This document shows positions 31,677-42,026 of a DNA stretch of 64,000 nt, in pieces. The stretch is from an uncultured Acidobacteriota bacterium (GTDB lineage Bacteria > Acidobacteriota > UBA6911 > RPQK01 > JAPXNP01). The stretch spans positions 64,001 through 128,000 of the forward strand of contig CAVZRV010000035.1 of NCBI GenBank assembly GCA_963777605.1. Direction: 5' to 3'. The translations under genes were made by a program, and so were the position numbers. The number at the start of each line of letters is the position of its first letter. The stretch's first letter is position 1. A model generated the notes under the pieces. The model ran no database searches. It was given only the letters and a program-made list of their open reading frames with translations, and was not told where the DNA came from.

Positions 31677-32206
31677 CTGGACACCTCCTCGACGGCCGGA
31701 ACGAACAGTCTGATCAATAACCTGCGGCTACCTGCCGTCGTGGTCTTCAACCGATCTGGCGGGAGGTGCCGCCGGCACCCAACCTTAGCGCAGCCCTTGA
31801 TCTAATTACCATGCTATGCCGTCCCATCGGGAGTGGCAACCCGGAGCCCTCTTGCAGGAACTCCCGATATACGCGAGCGCTGCGCTCGAACTTGTTGCTG
31901 TTCGGGTCCGCATCCATCGCGAAGTGCGGCCGGAGCTCCTCGCGAGTGAAGGGGAGGTAGTTCGGGTCGATCATGGCAGGAAGCCTAATTGGGAGGCTGC
32001 ACTCATCCAATGATGCAATTGTGGCTCATACAGCCTCCGCCGGGTGATCCGGGCTGTGGGTTCGAAGGGTCCGAAGGTGTTCCCCCGTATCCGAGTTCGG
32101 TAACCCGTCACCCGTTTGTCACCCACTCTGATTCCGAGGTGTCCCTAATCTTCCGGTTTCTCGGTCGGTGGTCATCGAGAACTGATAAAGCAGTTCCCTT
32201 CCCTCG

Positions 32207-32462
32207 TGTGTGAATCTGTGTGTGAAAAAATATCCAAAATCTGCCAAAACGTGGAAAATCGACCAAAATCGGCAAAACGGCAACCCGCTTGATTTCAGCA
32301 ACTTATTGAAAATGAGGAGGTTGTGAAACACGAGGGTTCCTGTCTTCTAATCCGTAGGCCGCGCGTTCGAATCGCGCCGGGCGCGCCATTTTCTCCTTTC
32401 TTTTCAATATTTTCCAGCATTCCCATGAGCCCTCTCGTACAGGGAAACTGACAACTGTGTGA
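32207..32462 (+). repeat. attP-like junction: arm block, tRNA-Arg(TCT) 3' half (32344-32388), downstream arm motif
   Basis: TGTGTGA x2 upstream and x1 at 32456; the core differs from 23314-23358 at one position. Confidence 0.8.
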
Positions 32463-32569
32463 GAAAACTCCTTTCAAGACGTCTAAAATAATTCTTCGGA
32501 TCGAACCAAAAGAACTTGTCGGACATGACAACGGTTACGTTGATGATTTTCGGCAGATCAACCAGACGG

Positions 32570-32712
32570 CGTGGCGGTTCATGAAGGTTAAGAGCTGTGA
32601 AGGTTTTTTGAATCGCCTCTGCCAGAATTTCGCCGGTGAGATTGACTGAACTTGCGAAGAGATGGAGATCGTAGAAATCTTTCATCCGGCTGTTCAGTTC
32701 ACCCAACTTCAC
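32570..32712 (-). pseudogene. Fragment of an AbiEii-family nucleotidyltransferase toxin
   Basis: VKLGELNSRMKDFYDLHLF...LAEAIQKTF. Confidence 0.7.
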
Positions 32713-32902
32713 CGTTTCGGCTCAAGTGAAGAGCGCTTCGAGTATCTGGTTCGCGGGCAGTTCATCGAAGTCTGGCTCGACGAGAGCGCTTCCGGGACGG
32801 AACCTACACTGTTTCAGTGAAGACGGCTATGCTGAACACCAACCGCCCCATTGCATTGACGGGGGCAGAGCCTTCGGGAGAGACTGAATCGAGGCCGTAT
32901 GC

Positions 32903-33929
32903 TATGCGATATATCCAGCTAATGGTTTTGTTGCTGCTTCCCTCCACTGCACTCAGTGCCGAAATCAGTATCTGTGTCTCCTATCCGGATGGTGAGCCTG
33001 CCCAGCGAATCAAGGTTCAGGAGGTGGGCCTGGAAAGAGCTAATATTCACAGTGACCTTCTTGGAACTACTGACAACCGGGGGAGGATCGAAACTTCTAT
33101 TAGAATAAAGCCACGAACCATCCCTGACGATTTGAGAGGCAATTACGTGTACGCCTATAGATATGTCGTGATGCCAGATGAATTTCAATGGGAAGTGTCA
33201 GATATCTATTGGACCGTCTTCCCGGATCAAGACGCTGAATCGTTTGGAAAACACTTTTCAAACAGGGAGAATTGGTCGATCGGGAAAAAGGTAAAGATCT
33301 CACAAAGTACTCGAATAGAGTGGAATGTTATCCTAAAGAAGAGCGCCGACACTGAAGTTGGCTTTAGAGATCAATCCAATAACCCAATAAAGAATTTGAG
33401 GGTATCGGTTGAGCTCGATTTGCAGGCTCAAAGTCATACCGGGTTCGGAGGGAGCATCACGGTAGCTGATACCTATACAGACGACAACGGAAATATTACT
33501 CTCCATAATCCAGGAGACTTCTTCTACAGCTTTTCACTACCATATCAACGTCAATACATGACGCCTGATCTTGATTATTGGTCAGATACCATAACCAAGA
33601 GGCTCACAGATGGAGACAATTTAATCACATTCCATAGATGCGTTGAGAAGCCACTCAGAGTTGTTGTATGGGACACAGTCACGGGAGAGCCTGTTTCTGG
33701 AGCAAGCATCATGGCAACGATGAAATTCGCAGGCGCGGTACAAGGAGGCCCGCTGGGGGCTGGTATTGTCACGGATGCAAACGGGATTTACATGTCGAAT
33801 GACTTTTGTACAGAGCACCTGGTTGAGTTTGGGGTAGCCAAGAAGGGTTACAGGCCTTCCTTGATAAGCATTGACAACTATATACCCGGCAATTTCTATA
33901 GGTTTCGATTAGAACCGGAAAGCAAATAG
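32903..33929 (+). CDS. Secreted hypothetical protein with carboxypeptidase-regulatory-like beta-sandwich domains
   Basis: Signal peptide; repeated D..GEPVSGASI / TDxNG motifs; AT-richer than flanks. Confidence 0.7.
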
Positions 33930-34133
33930 AACACCCGTCCAGTAGCGACCGTGTCCCGAGGAGATGTTTTCGTGGTCCCCGACAGGTGGATTCTGACTCC
34001 AGCTCCATTTCCACACCAGGGAAATGTCATCCTCGAGCAGGTGGACGACCGTTGGATGTTCAGTCTCCATGGCGGTTTCCCGAGACCGGCGCTATACTCG
34101 TTGAGACGTTAGGCATGTCTTGAGGGCAGAGCA

Positions 34134-34430
34134 ATGAACCAGGACGAGGTCATCGCCAGACTGAAACAACATCGCGATCGGTTGCGCCCGTACTCCGTCC
34201 AGGCGCTCTACCTCTTCGGCTCGGTCGCTCGGAACGAAGCTTCCGCAGCCAGCGATGTCGACCTGCTGGTCGAGTTTGAAGCGGGTGCTCACATCGGACT
34301 GTTCGACTTTGTCCGACTGCGCCGCCTTCTGGCAGAGATTCTCGGATGCGAAGTCGACCTGGTGACCCGCGATGCTCTCCATCCGGCGATGAAAGACAGC
34401 ATTCTCGAGGAGGCCATCCGTGCCGCGTAG
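34134..34430 (+). CDS. mntA: MNT minimal nucleotidyltransferase antitoxin
   Basis: LFGSVARNEASAASDVDLLVEF, 98 aa, overlapping the HEPN gene. Confidence 0.9.
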   Translation: MNQDEVIARLKQHRDRLRPYSVQALYLFGSVARNEASAASDVDLLVEFEAGAHIGLFDFVRLRRLLAEILGCEVDLVTRDALHPAMKDSILEEAIRAA

Positions 34431-34764
34431 GTCCTGGCGCTTGTGGGCCGAGGACATCCTTCAGGCGCTCGAGACGATTCACGACTATACCCGGGACATG
34501 GATCGCGACGACTTCATCCGCGACCGCAGAACGATCGATGCCGTGTTGAGAAACCTGATCGTCGTCGGGGAAGCCTCTCGAAAGATGCCGGCTGAAGTAC
34601 AACAAGCCAATCCTCAGATTCCCTGGCAGGAGATGTCGGACATGCGCAACGTGGTCGTCCATGAGTACTTCGGCGTCAGTGTTCCGATCATCTGGGACAC
34701 CATCGAACGGGATCTGCCTCCTCTCATTCCTGCGTTTCGCCGCCTCCTGGACGAGTCCGAGTGA
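34420..34764 (+). CDS. hepT: HEPN (DUF86) RNase toxin
   Basis: DAVLRNLIVVGEA, IPW and RNVVVHEY (Rx4H). Confidence 0.9.
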   Translation: MPRRSWRLWAEDILQALETIHDYTRDMDRDDFIRDRRTIDAVLRNLIVVGEASRKMPAEVQQANPQIPWQEMSDMRNVVVHEYFGVSVPIIWDTIERDLPPLIPAFRRLLDESE

Positions 34765-35040
34765 TTGGCAACCTTGCACAGGCGCCCATGACTCTCATAA
34801 GTCCTTGGCCTACCCCCGTTCTTTGTACCAGGGCCTATGAGAGTCTGTGGTTCATGGTGACGGATTCCGGGGTTTCTGGCCCTATCCTGTCGTTCCCCCT
34901 TCGCCTCTCAACAGAAACGCCGAATCTGTCTCATTGATGGAGCAGCGCCGAAGCCGAATGCAACTGCCGACCTTGCCTGCCTGACCGATTGACCGGACGG
35001 GTGAGAGCCTGTACATTCGCTCATTCCCCCAGGGATCAAC

Positions 35041-37086
35041 ATGACCGGATTTGGCGCACGCAGATGGGGTCCAATCATAATAGCGGCATTTCTCAGCTTC
35101 GCTGCACCACATGCCGCTGATACCCTCCATCGCAGCGCGGCCCCCCAAAAGGTACAAAAACCTCCTGTAATCGACGGGCGCCTGGATGATGATGCCTGGA
35201 AAGAGGCCCCTGTACTCAGTGACTTCATCCAGTTTGAGCCGGACAAGGGAGCACCGGCCACTGTCCGGACTGAGGTGCGCGTTCTTTATGACGACACCCA
35301 TATCTATTTCGGATTCAAATGCTGGGATCCGGATCCCGACAAGATCGTACTGGGCACCGCGCGTGACGGTCTGAGAATGGGCACGGACAGTGTGGATGTC
35401 CTGGTGGACACATTCCACGACATGCGTACTGGTTACTACTTCCGCACGAATCCTCTCGGTGTCCAGCATGACGGACTCGTTTCGGACAACGGCCGGGTAG
35501 CGGACACGACCTGGGACGGAGTCTGGCAGTCGGAAGGCGCCTGGATACCGGAAGGATGGAGTGCGGAAATGGCGATTCCCCTGTCAACGGTCAAGTACCG
35601 GGAAGGCGAAGATCAGACCTGGGGCTTCCAGACCAGCCGCTACCTGCCTCGCAACCTTGAGAAGAGTTTCTGGACAGGGCCGCTTGAAGACTATAGAAAG
35701 ATGGATGGAAACGGGACCTTGACGGATCTCGATCTGTTGGCTCCTTCCCGGAGGCTGGAGCTGATCCCCCACCTACTCACCCAATTTGAGAAGGAAGGTA
35801 AAACACAGGTCGAAACAGGTCTGGACGCCCGCTATGATTTCACTCCCTCACTTTCGGGTCACCTAACCGTCAACCCGGACTTTGCCACGGTGGAAGCCGA
35901 CGACGAACAGGTGAACCTGACCCGTTTCGAGTTGGGCCTGCCGGAAAAGCGTCAATTCTTTATGGAGGGCAGTGCCGCATTCTCCCAGCGTATCCAGCTT
36001 TTCTATTCTCGGCGCATTTCGGATATCTTCGGCGGAGCCAAGCTATACGGCAAACTCGGGAACAACGAGATTTCCACGATAATCGTCCAGAGCAAGGAGG
36101 ATGACTACGGCCTGGATTCAGCCAATTACAGCGTCTTTCGGATCAAGCGCGACGTGTTGAGCAGCTCTTCGATCGGATTCTTGACAGCCAACCGCGTGGT
36201 CAATGGACGCGCACAGGGAACGGCGGGGCTGGACGCCGCACTCTTCTTCTCGGAAACTTTCAATCTGACCGGGCAATTCGCCGTCGGGTATGGAGAGGCC
36301 GGTAAGACGGACACCGCCTTCTTTATCCGACCCAGTCATGACACCTCGACTTTCCACATCCATCTCAGATTCACTCACCTGGGCGAGTACTTTGGCGACA
36401 ACGTCAACGCGGTGGGATACATCCAGGACGATAACCGAAACGAGCTCGACTCCGCGATATCCAAGACATTCTGGACCAACGGCTCTTTCCTCGACAAGAT
36501 CGACTACACGTCGAACTACAATGTTTACTGGGGCATGGACAAGGCACTTCGCTCCTGGGATGCGTGGAATGCCCTGACACTCGACCTCAGGAACAGATTC
36601 AGCTTCGATGTTCGCCATGAAGAGGAATTCAAACTGTTCGAAAAGGAATTCCGCAATCGTCAGACAACCTTCGGATCCGGATACAACACCCGCGAGTGGC
36701 AGTCCGCCGCAGTAAGCTGGACATTCGGGCGCAATTTCGATTCGGACTTCACCTTGATCGGCGCTGAACTGCGACGCAAACTGTCGGAGAATCTTTCCCT
36801 CGAGTACGGCCTCTCAAGGTTGACTCTCGACCCTGATCCCGAACTCGACAGTACGTGGATTCACTCGTTTCGTGCCACCCAGTATTTCCAAAAAGATCTT
36901 TACTTCAAGTTCTTTTACCAGACCAACTCCGCAATCGACAAACGGAATCTCCAGGCTGTATTCGCCTGGCGTTTTCAGCCTCCTTTCGGCCTGCTTCAAC
37001 TGGCCTATCAAAAGGGATCCTCCAGATTTGGAGAGCGTGGTGACCAGGGCGATATCCTCTTCATCAAGCTGGCTCTTGTGTTATGA
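35041..37086 (+). CDS. CBM9-like + DUF5916 outer-membrane protein
   Basis: PVIDGRLDDDAW, WSAEMAIP and TVNPDFATVEAD..QVNLTRFELGLPEKRQFFMEG. Confidence 0.87.
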   Translation: MTGFGARRWGPIIIAAFLSFAAPHAADTLHRSAAPQKVQKPPVIDGRLDDDAWKEAPVLSDFIQFEPDKGAPATVRTEVRVLYDDTHIYFGFKCWDPDPDKIVLGTARDGLRMGTDSVDVLVDTFHDMRTGYYFRTNPLGVQHDGLVSDNGRVADTTWDGVWQSEGAWIPEGWSAEMAIPLSTVKYREGEDQTWGFQTSRYLPRNLEKSFWTGPLEDYRKMDGNGTLTDLDLLAPSRRLELIPHLLTQFEKEGKTQVETGLDARYDFTPSLSGHLTVNPDFATVEADDEQVNLTRFELGLPEKRQFFMEGSAAFSQRIQLFYSRRISDIFGGAKLYGKLGNNEISTIIVQSKEDDYGLDSANYSVFRIKRDVLSSSSIGFLTANRVVNGRAQGTAGLDAALFFSETFNLTGQFAVGYGEAGKTDTAFFIRPSHDTSTFHIHLRFTHLGEYFGDNVNAVGYIQDDNRNELDSAISKTFWTNGSFLDKIDYTSNYNVYWGMDKALRSWDAWNALTLDLRNRFSFDVRHEEEFKLFEKEFRNRQTTFGSGYNTREWQSAAVSWTFGRNFDSDFTLIGAELRRKLSENLSLEYGLSRLTLDPDPELDSTWIHSFRATQYFQKDLYFKFFYQTNSAIDKRNLQAVFAWRFQPPFGLLQLAYQKGSSRFGERGDQGDILFIKLALVL

Positions 37087-37593
37087 GGAGCTGCATCCGG
37101 GACCTCGTTCCAGAACCGTTAAATGCAGTGTCCCCGCACAGACGGTTTGCCAAAACATATACCCGGCTTGATCGAAATCCGGGCCCACAGATCTCCGCCT
37201 TTCATCTGCGAGCTTCGTCAGCGAAGAACAGCAGACAACCGTGGAACTGGGGCAGCAAATCAAGAAGTGAAGCTGAGCTCCGGTTGCTACTTTGCATCGT
37301 CCGTGAAATACGAGAAATTAACCAAGAACTGCTGCAGTACTGGCAGGGTGAAAGAGACTGAGTCAACATGCTCACTTATCAAATTCGGCCCCGTGTCTTT
37401 TCTACTCATGGAGATGATTCGCTACGCTTTCCTGCAGAGGGTGAAGTAAAGTTCCGGTTCTCCCCTCTTCAGCCGTTCGGTATGGAGGCCGGGAATGGCC
37501 ATACGGCGGTGCGTTCGGTTCCAGAGACGGCCCTGTTCGATGCCAACACCGGTGCTCACACGATTAATAGTGGAACGGCTCCAGGAACACGCC

Positions 37594-38301
37594 ATGCGTT
37601 ACAAGACAAACTTGGACCCATTTGCACGTAGAGAGGAAGGCTCCGAGACGAGGCAGAACAACGGAGGCGGAGAGCGGTCTTTCTTTATTTCTCGCTTGCT
37701 CACACTGCAGTACCTGGCCGCTGTCACGCTTTGCCTGGACGTGATCAGTCCAGACCAGATTTCGATCATTCCGAAGCTACTCATGGTGGGAATGCTGGTC
37801 GGTCTCGCCACGATTCTCCTCCTCTTGATGATCAAACCGGTCTTGCAAGTCGGGCCCCGGGGATTCAAATATCTCTGGCTCGAACCGTTTGAATGGGGTG
37901 ACATTGAGGAGATTGTCTACTTCAACGTCAGAGGTCTCGCCTCCATGAAAGTCACTCTCGATCGCGCGGTATTGAGCCGGACTCCATCCAGAATTGTCAG
38001 GATGATCTTCAAGGCCGGTGGGCGACACCTGTGGTTCAGAGGATGGCGGGGTATCGATCTGGAACAACTCACCGACGCGATTGGCGGATTTTCGAGATCA
38101 AAGAGGTCTTTTAGGGTGGAGTCCTTGCTTGGAGTATCGATGGTCGTAGGGATCGGGTTCACCCCCTTGGAAAAAGGCCTCATGTTTCTGTACGTGTCCG
38201 TTTTTCTCGTTTGGGCTGTGTCCGAATATCGCAAGCGATGGAAGAGACTGGCTCGGCGACGGCGCAAGCTCGAAAAGCTTCGAACTGACCAGCGTAACTA
38301 A
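37594..38301 (+). CDS. Hypothetical membrane protein
   Basis: Long ORF with 3-4 hydrophobic segments; start uncertain. Confidence 0.55.
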   Translation: MRYKTNLDPFARREEGSETRQNNGGGERSFFISRLLTLQYLAAVTLCLDVISPDQISIIPKLLMVGMLVGLATILLLLMIKPVLQVGPRGFKYLWLEPFEWGDIEEIVYFNVRGLASMKVTLDRAVLSRTPSRIVRMIFKAGGRHLWFRGWRGIDLEQLTDAIGGFSRSKRSFRVESLLGVSMVVGIGFTPLEKGLMFLYVSVFLVWAVSEYRKRWKRLARRRRKLEKLRTDQRN

Positions 38302-38408
38302 TGTTGCGCCTTCGGGAGGTAGAGTAGACAATGAACCTAAGAATCGGATTGGGTAACACCGCCTCGGTTAGTCGACACTGATCGGGTGAACAAAGGAGGC
38401 GCTCAACC

Positions 38409-39380
38409 ATGAATAGGGCCACCTGCCCGCTTTTGTACTTGCTACTCTTCTCAGGCCTCGCTTTGGGCGGTCAGGAGTACACAATAATTACCTGCAAAAT
38501 GGAGGAATTCCACCCGGGATTTTTTCGGATCACGGAAGACGGAATCAGTCGAACTCCACACTGTCGATGCGACTCGACTGACTTTCGTGCAGGTAAGCGA
38601 GATGGATTTCACATCCGAGTCGAACACTGGTCCAGTTCTGCACATCAACTCGTCTTCTATTTAGACGTGCCCGAGCCAGTTCGTATCCATCGGTTCGAAG
38701 TAAACTCTTCCTGGTCAAACTTCCGACACCTTGGGATGCACTCTTCGTTGCCGGTCCAAGTCGATGCCCAGAGAACATTTCGCTTGACCCCGACCAACTC
38801 TTGGGACTTCACCGCCGGAAATAGTTTCAACGTCCAGATTGAAGTCTCCCTACTTTCTGAAGCACCGGAGCGCCGCCACCTCATCGAGTTGTCCGGCGTT
38901 CTCGAGGAACGAAACGGATCGAAACCATTTAAGACGATTGAACTTAAGCCCGAGAAGACCGACAGACAGGTAGCCCCGGAAGAGTTTTCACGTGCGATTC
39001 GTGGAGGCCCATGTTCTGGCGTGCTCTTCTATGTCGCGAGCCGCGTACTGGATCGGGAGACCCTTATCCTTCGCCTGGAGGTAGGTCCTCCGATCGAGAT
39101 CCGTGGCATCAAGGTTCTGGGACCTTACAGCAACCCTGACGGGTTTCGCTCGCTTGTTTCCGTGTTTGGAACGAGAGTGGAGGAGGCGCTCCCGGCAAAG
39201 ACCGATCGACTCAACGATGTCTACTACCGTCTGAATCCCGAACATCGAATGCAGTCCTCAGGATCACTGGAGAACCTGGAGATCGAATTCGAAATTGAGA
39301 TCGGCGGATGCCCATCGACGCACGGAGAGGTGAACGAGGGAACCGAAACTCTTCGGTATCGAGCCCGCCCGATGAAATAG
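38409..39380 (+). CDS. Secreted hypothetical protein
   Basis: AGGAGG RBS, signal peptide, 323 aa. Confidence 0.7.
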   Translation: MNRATCPLLYLLLFSGLALGGQEYTIITCKMEEFHPGFFRITEDGISRTPHCRCDSTDFRAGKRDGFHIRVEHWSSSAHQLVFYLDVPEPVRIHRFEVNSSWSNFRHLGMHSSLPVQVDAQRTFRLTPTNSWDFTAGNSFNVQIEVSLLSEAPERRHLIELSGVLEERNGSKPFKTIELKPEKTDRQVAPEEFSRAIRGGPCSGVLFYVASRVLDRETLILRLEVGPPIEIRGIKVLGPYSNPDGFRSLVSVFGTRVEEALPAKTDRLNDVYYRLNPEHRMQSSGSLENLEIEFEIEIGGCPSTHGEVNEGTETLRYRARPMK

Positions 39381-39422
39381 AGCAATCCATTCAGCAAAGG
39401 CGATGCCTCAGTCCGGATCTCT

Positions 39423-39986
39423 CTATTGCTCCTTGTCTCTAGCGACAAGTCGCATAATTCCCTCCACGATCAGACTGTGCTCAACTTGCGACTCACCACA
39501 GCGGAATGTAATCGCAAAATCGAACATGGCGCCAACCTTGAATTCGGAGGAGAGGGAAAAGTACATCTGTTCGCTCTTCTGAACGTGGTGTGGATACGCT
39601 GGACCGAAGACCCCTTCCCCGTCGACAGTGGCGAAAGCCGGACTTGGGCGATACCTCTGCGGTAGACGGACACCGCTGATCTCAGCTGGGTGCTCCGTAT
39701 CGAAGCGGAGATTGATCTGGCCCTCTTTGGCGGGCAGTCCGGACAGGGAAACTCGGCCGCAGGCGCCGACCGTCATCGTGGCAGTCTTTCCGTCGTCGGA
39801 AATTTTCGTCCTGACTCCAGAGATCGAAGCATTGCCGAACTCTGGTTCAATCGACCTGATGACATGGAAATCCTCGTTGGGAACCCCCTGATTCGGCTGA
39901 CCCAAAACCGGAGCCAGAAGTCCCACAAAAGCCAAAGCAAGGACCAGAACGAACGTGACCATCGGCCGCACCCCAGCTCCTACCAC
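39423..39986 (-). CDS. Secreted hypothetical protein
   Basis: Signal peptide; weak by-eye similarity to 38409-39380. Confidence 0.65.
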   Translation of the reverse strand: MVGAGVRPMVTFVLVLALAFVGLLAPVLGQPNQGVPNEDFHVIRSIEPEFGNASISGVRTKISDDGKTATMTVGACGRVSLSGLPAKEGQINLRFDTEHPAEISGVRLPQRYRPSPAFATVDGEGVFGPAYPHHVQKSEQMYFSLSSEFKVGAMFDFAITFRCGESQVEHSLIVEGIMRLVARDKEQ

Positions 39987-39996
39987 CTTGCTTCAG

Positions 39997-40596
39997 TTAC
40001 TTCGGATGTTCTAAGCGGTTAGTCCAAGGCGGTGTGAACACATAATCGCAATCGCTTTCGAGAGCCCCTTGGAAACGCTCCAGGCTCTGATACAGGGCCC
40101 AACGGACACCCCTCCAGGTCGAGGCTGTCTGAACGTAGTCGTCGTGTGAGAAGAACGTGGCCATACTCGAATTGAAGGCAAGCGGCATATAACGCTCAAC
40201 ACTCGGATCACGCTTGAGAATGACTTTGTCCCAATACTCGACGAAATACTTCACCTCGTACCAATAGGGCTCATTGTTTTTCGGCGTGACATTTGGCGAG
40301 ACCTCCCGAGTCCTGCTCGTAATCGAAATAGTAAGCTGCGGCAGCCACATCTCTCCTGCCGAGTCCGGATCGGATTCGACGACCGGCACCCCTAACTCGG
40401 CAAGCCTCTCGAGGCAGTAGTCTCGGGCGACCTCGGAACTGATCTGAGTCTCCAGCAGGTCAATTCTCACTTCGAGACGGATTCATTGATCATCTCTAAA
40501 CAGCTCGGAAAGTGCGCCCTGGCCGAAAGCGGAAGATAGAAGAGCAGAGCAAGGAACGAGTCCAAGACAGACCAGCACAATTTGACGGACTGTCAT
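39997..40596 (-). CDS. Secreted hypothetical protein with a frameshift after the signal peptide
   Basis: MTVRQIVLVCLGLVPCSALLSSAFG from 40596 is out of frame with the 39997-40470 ORF. Confidence 0.5.
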
Positions 40597-40754
40597 CGCA
40601 ATTTTAGATGTTACGCTAGGGACGATTGAGCGGCAACCATCTTTCGGAGCCGTTGGCGCCACAAGAGCGCGAGCTGTAATGACATCCCGTACAGATCTGA
40701 TTGAGCCCTTGGTGCCGTGCCTCCATCCGTTCTCCAGAATCTCGCGGCAACATC

Positions 40755-40894
40755 TGGTAACTTCTGGTAGGCACCGATCTGTCTTTGCTGGATCGTAACT
40801 GTTGATTTGGTTAGGGTTTGGTAGGAATTGGGAGAGCGTTTCCGCCTAGCTGCAAAACCTTTATTCAGCGGTTCGAATCCGCTCGCCGCCTCCA
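40755..40894 (+). repeat. att-like arm block plus 3' half of tRNA-Cys(GCA) (40850-40894)
   Basis: CTGCAAAACCTTTATTCAGCGGTTCGAATCCGCTCGCCGCCTCCA preceded by TGGTAA/TGGTAG repeats; no 5' half. Confidence 0.85.
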
Positions 40895-41002
40895 ACTTCT
40901 TGTCCACGGCAGCTATTGGGCGTCATTCATCATCTGGGGAAATGAGTTGCCCTCCCTGGGAATTCACAACGAGGGAAAACACCCCGCCCAGTCAACGATT
41001 CG

Positions 41003-41317
41003 TCACGCGACTTGCAGTGGCTTGATGCGTTCGACATCTTTCTCGATGGACTGCCCCGCGTCCCAGAGATCGACCGACCGCTGCGCGTTGAGCCAGAATT
41101 CGGGTGTATTGCCGAACAATCGGGCCAGGCGAAGCGCCATTTCCGGGCTCAAGGCCCGCCGCTCCCTCAGCAGCTCATTGACCGTCTGACGGGACACACC
41201 GATCGCCCGTGCAAGCGCGGATGCCGTCAGGTCGAAATCGGGGAGAAAGTCTTCCCTCAACATCTCGCCCGGATGGGTCGGTCGAACGGTCCTCTTTCCT
41301 GTGTTGTTAAAGCTCAT
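41003..41317 (-). CDS. higA: HigA family antitoxin
   Basis: PTHPGEMLREDFL...LARAIGVSRQTVNEL...EMALRLARLFGNTPEFWLNAQ. Confidence 0.93.
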   Translation of the reverse strand: MSFNNTGKRTVRPTHPGEMLREDFLPDFDLTASALARAIGVSRQTVNELLRERRALSPEMALRLARLFGNTPEFWLNAQRSVDLWDAGQSIEKDVERIKPLQVA

Positions 41318-41330
41318 ATCGAACCGGCTC

Positions 41331-41612
41331 CTAGTGGTAGTCCGTGATCTCGACATCGTAGGCATCGCCATCGACGAATCGAAAACAAATTCTCCACTGG
41401 TCGTTGACTGCAATCGCATACTGGCCGCGCCGTTCACGCTCAAGGGCATGCAAACGATTGCCCGGCGGGACTCTCAGATCGTCCAAACAGGTCGCAAGGT
41501 CCACATACTCCAGCTTTCGGACAGCCCTCCTGCTTACGTCGGGCGGAATACGCCTCGATTTGCCAGTGACATACAGTGCCTGCGTTTGTCGATCGGCAAA
41601 CGTCTTGATCAC
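41331..41612 (-). CDS. higB: HigB (RelE-family) toxin
   Basis: MIKTFAD...DLRVPPGNRLHAL...GQYAIAVNDQWRICFRF...EITDYH. Confidence 0.93.
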   Translation of the reverse strand: MIKTFADRQTQALYVTGKSRRIPPDVSRRAVRKLEYVDLATCLDDLRVPPGNRLHALERERRGQYAIAVNDQWRICFRFVDGDAYDVEITDYH

Positions 41613-41619
41613 CGGCCAA

Positions 41620-41648
41620 ACTGTAACGCGTCACGTGACGCAAGTCAA
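41620..41648 (-). promoter_or_regulatory. Sigma70-type higBA promoter with a palindromic operator
   Basis: Minus strand TTGACT-17bp-TACAGT; perfect palindrome GCGTCACGTGACGC (41628-41641) in the spacer. Confidence 0.75.
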
Positions 41649-42026
41649 CCGCAATCCTTGCAGCCAGCACACTACCGTTGTGTTCTTCCACCGGCATTGA
41701 TTAATCGAGCACCTTCCAAAACTCCTCGATGGTGCAAGATTCACGATTCTGGCCGAAGAGGCTAGCTGGCCCAACCCAAAAGGGCCAAAGCGAAACCGAG
41801 ACAAGGACCCAAATCGCACGAGTGGCTGCTTCCAACCTTCAATGGCGTCTCATCGCAGCTTCAAATTCTGAGTCACATCAGACGAATAGACAACCAAATC
41901 CAAAAGGCCAAGAAATCATTGACCGGGAAACCGTCCAGTTCGGCCTCGATTTGTGCGGCCTGATGATATCTGGAAGACAGTCGGGTAGGGGGGATACAAT
42001 TCGACTCTGCTGGTGGCACAAATCGC

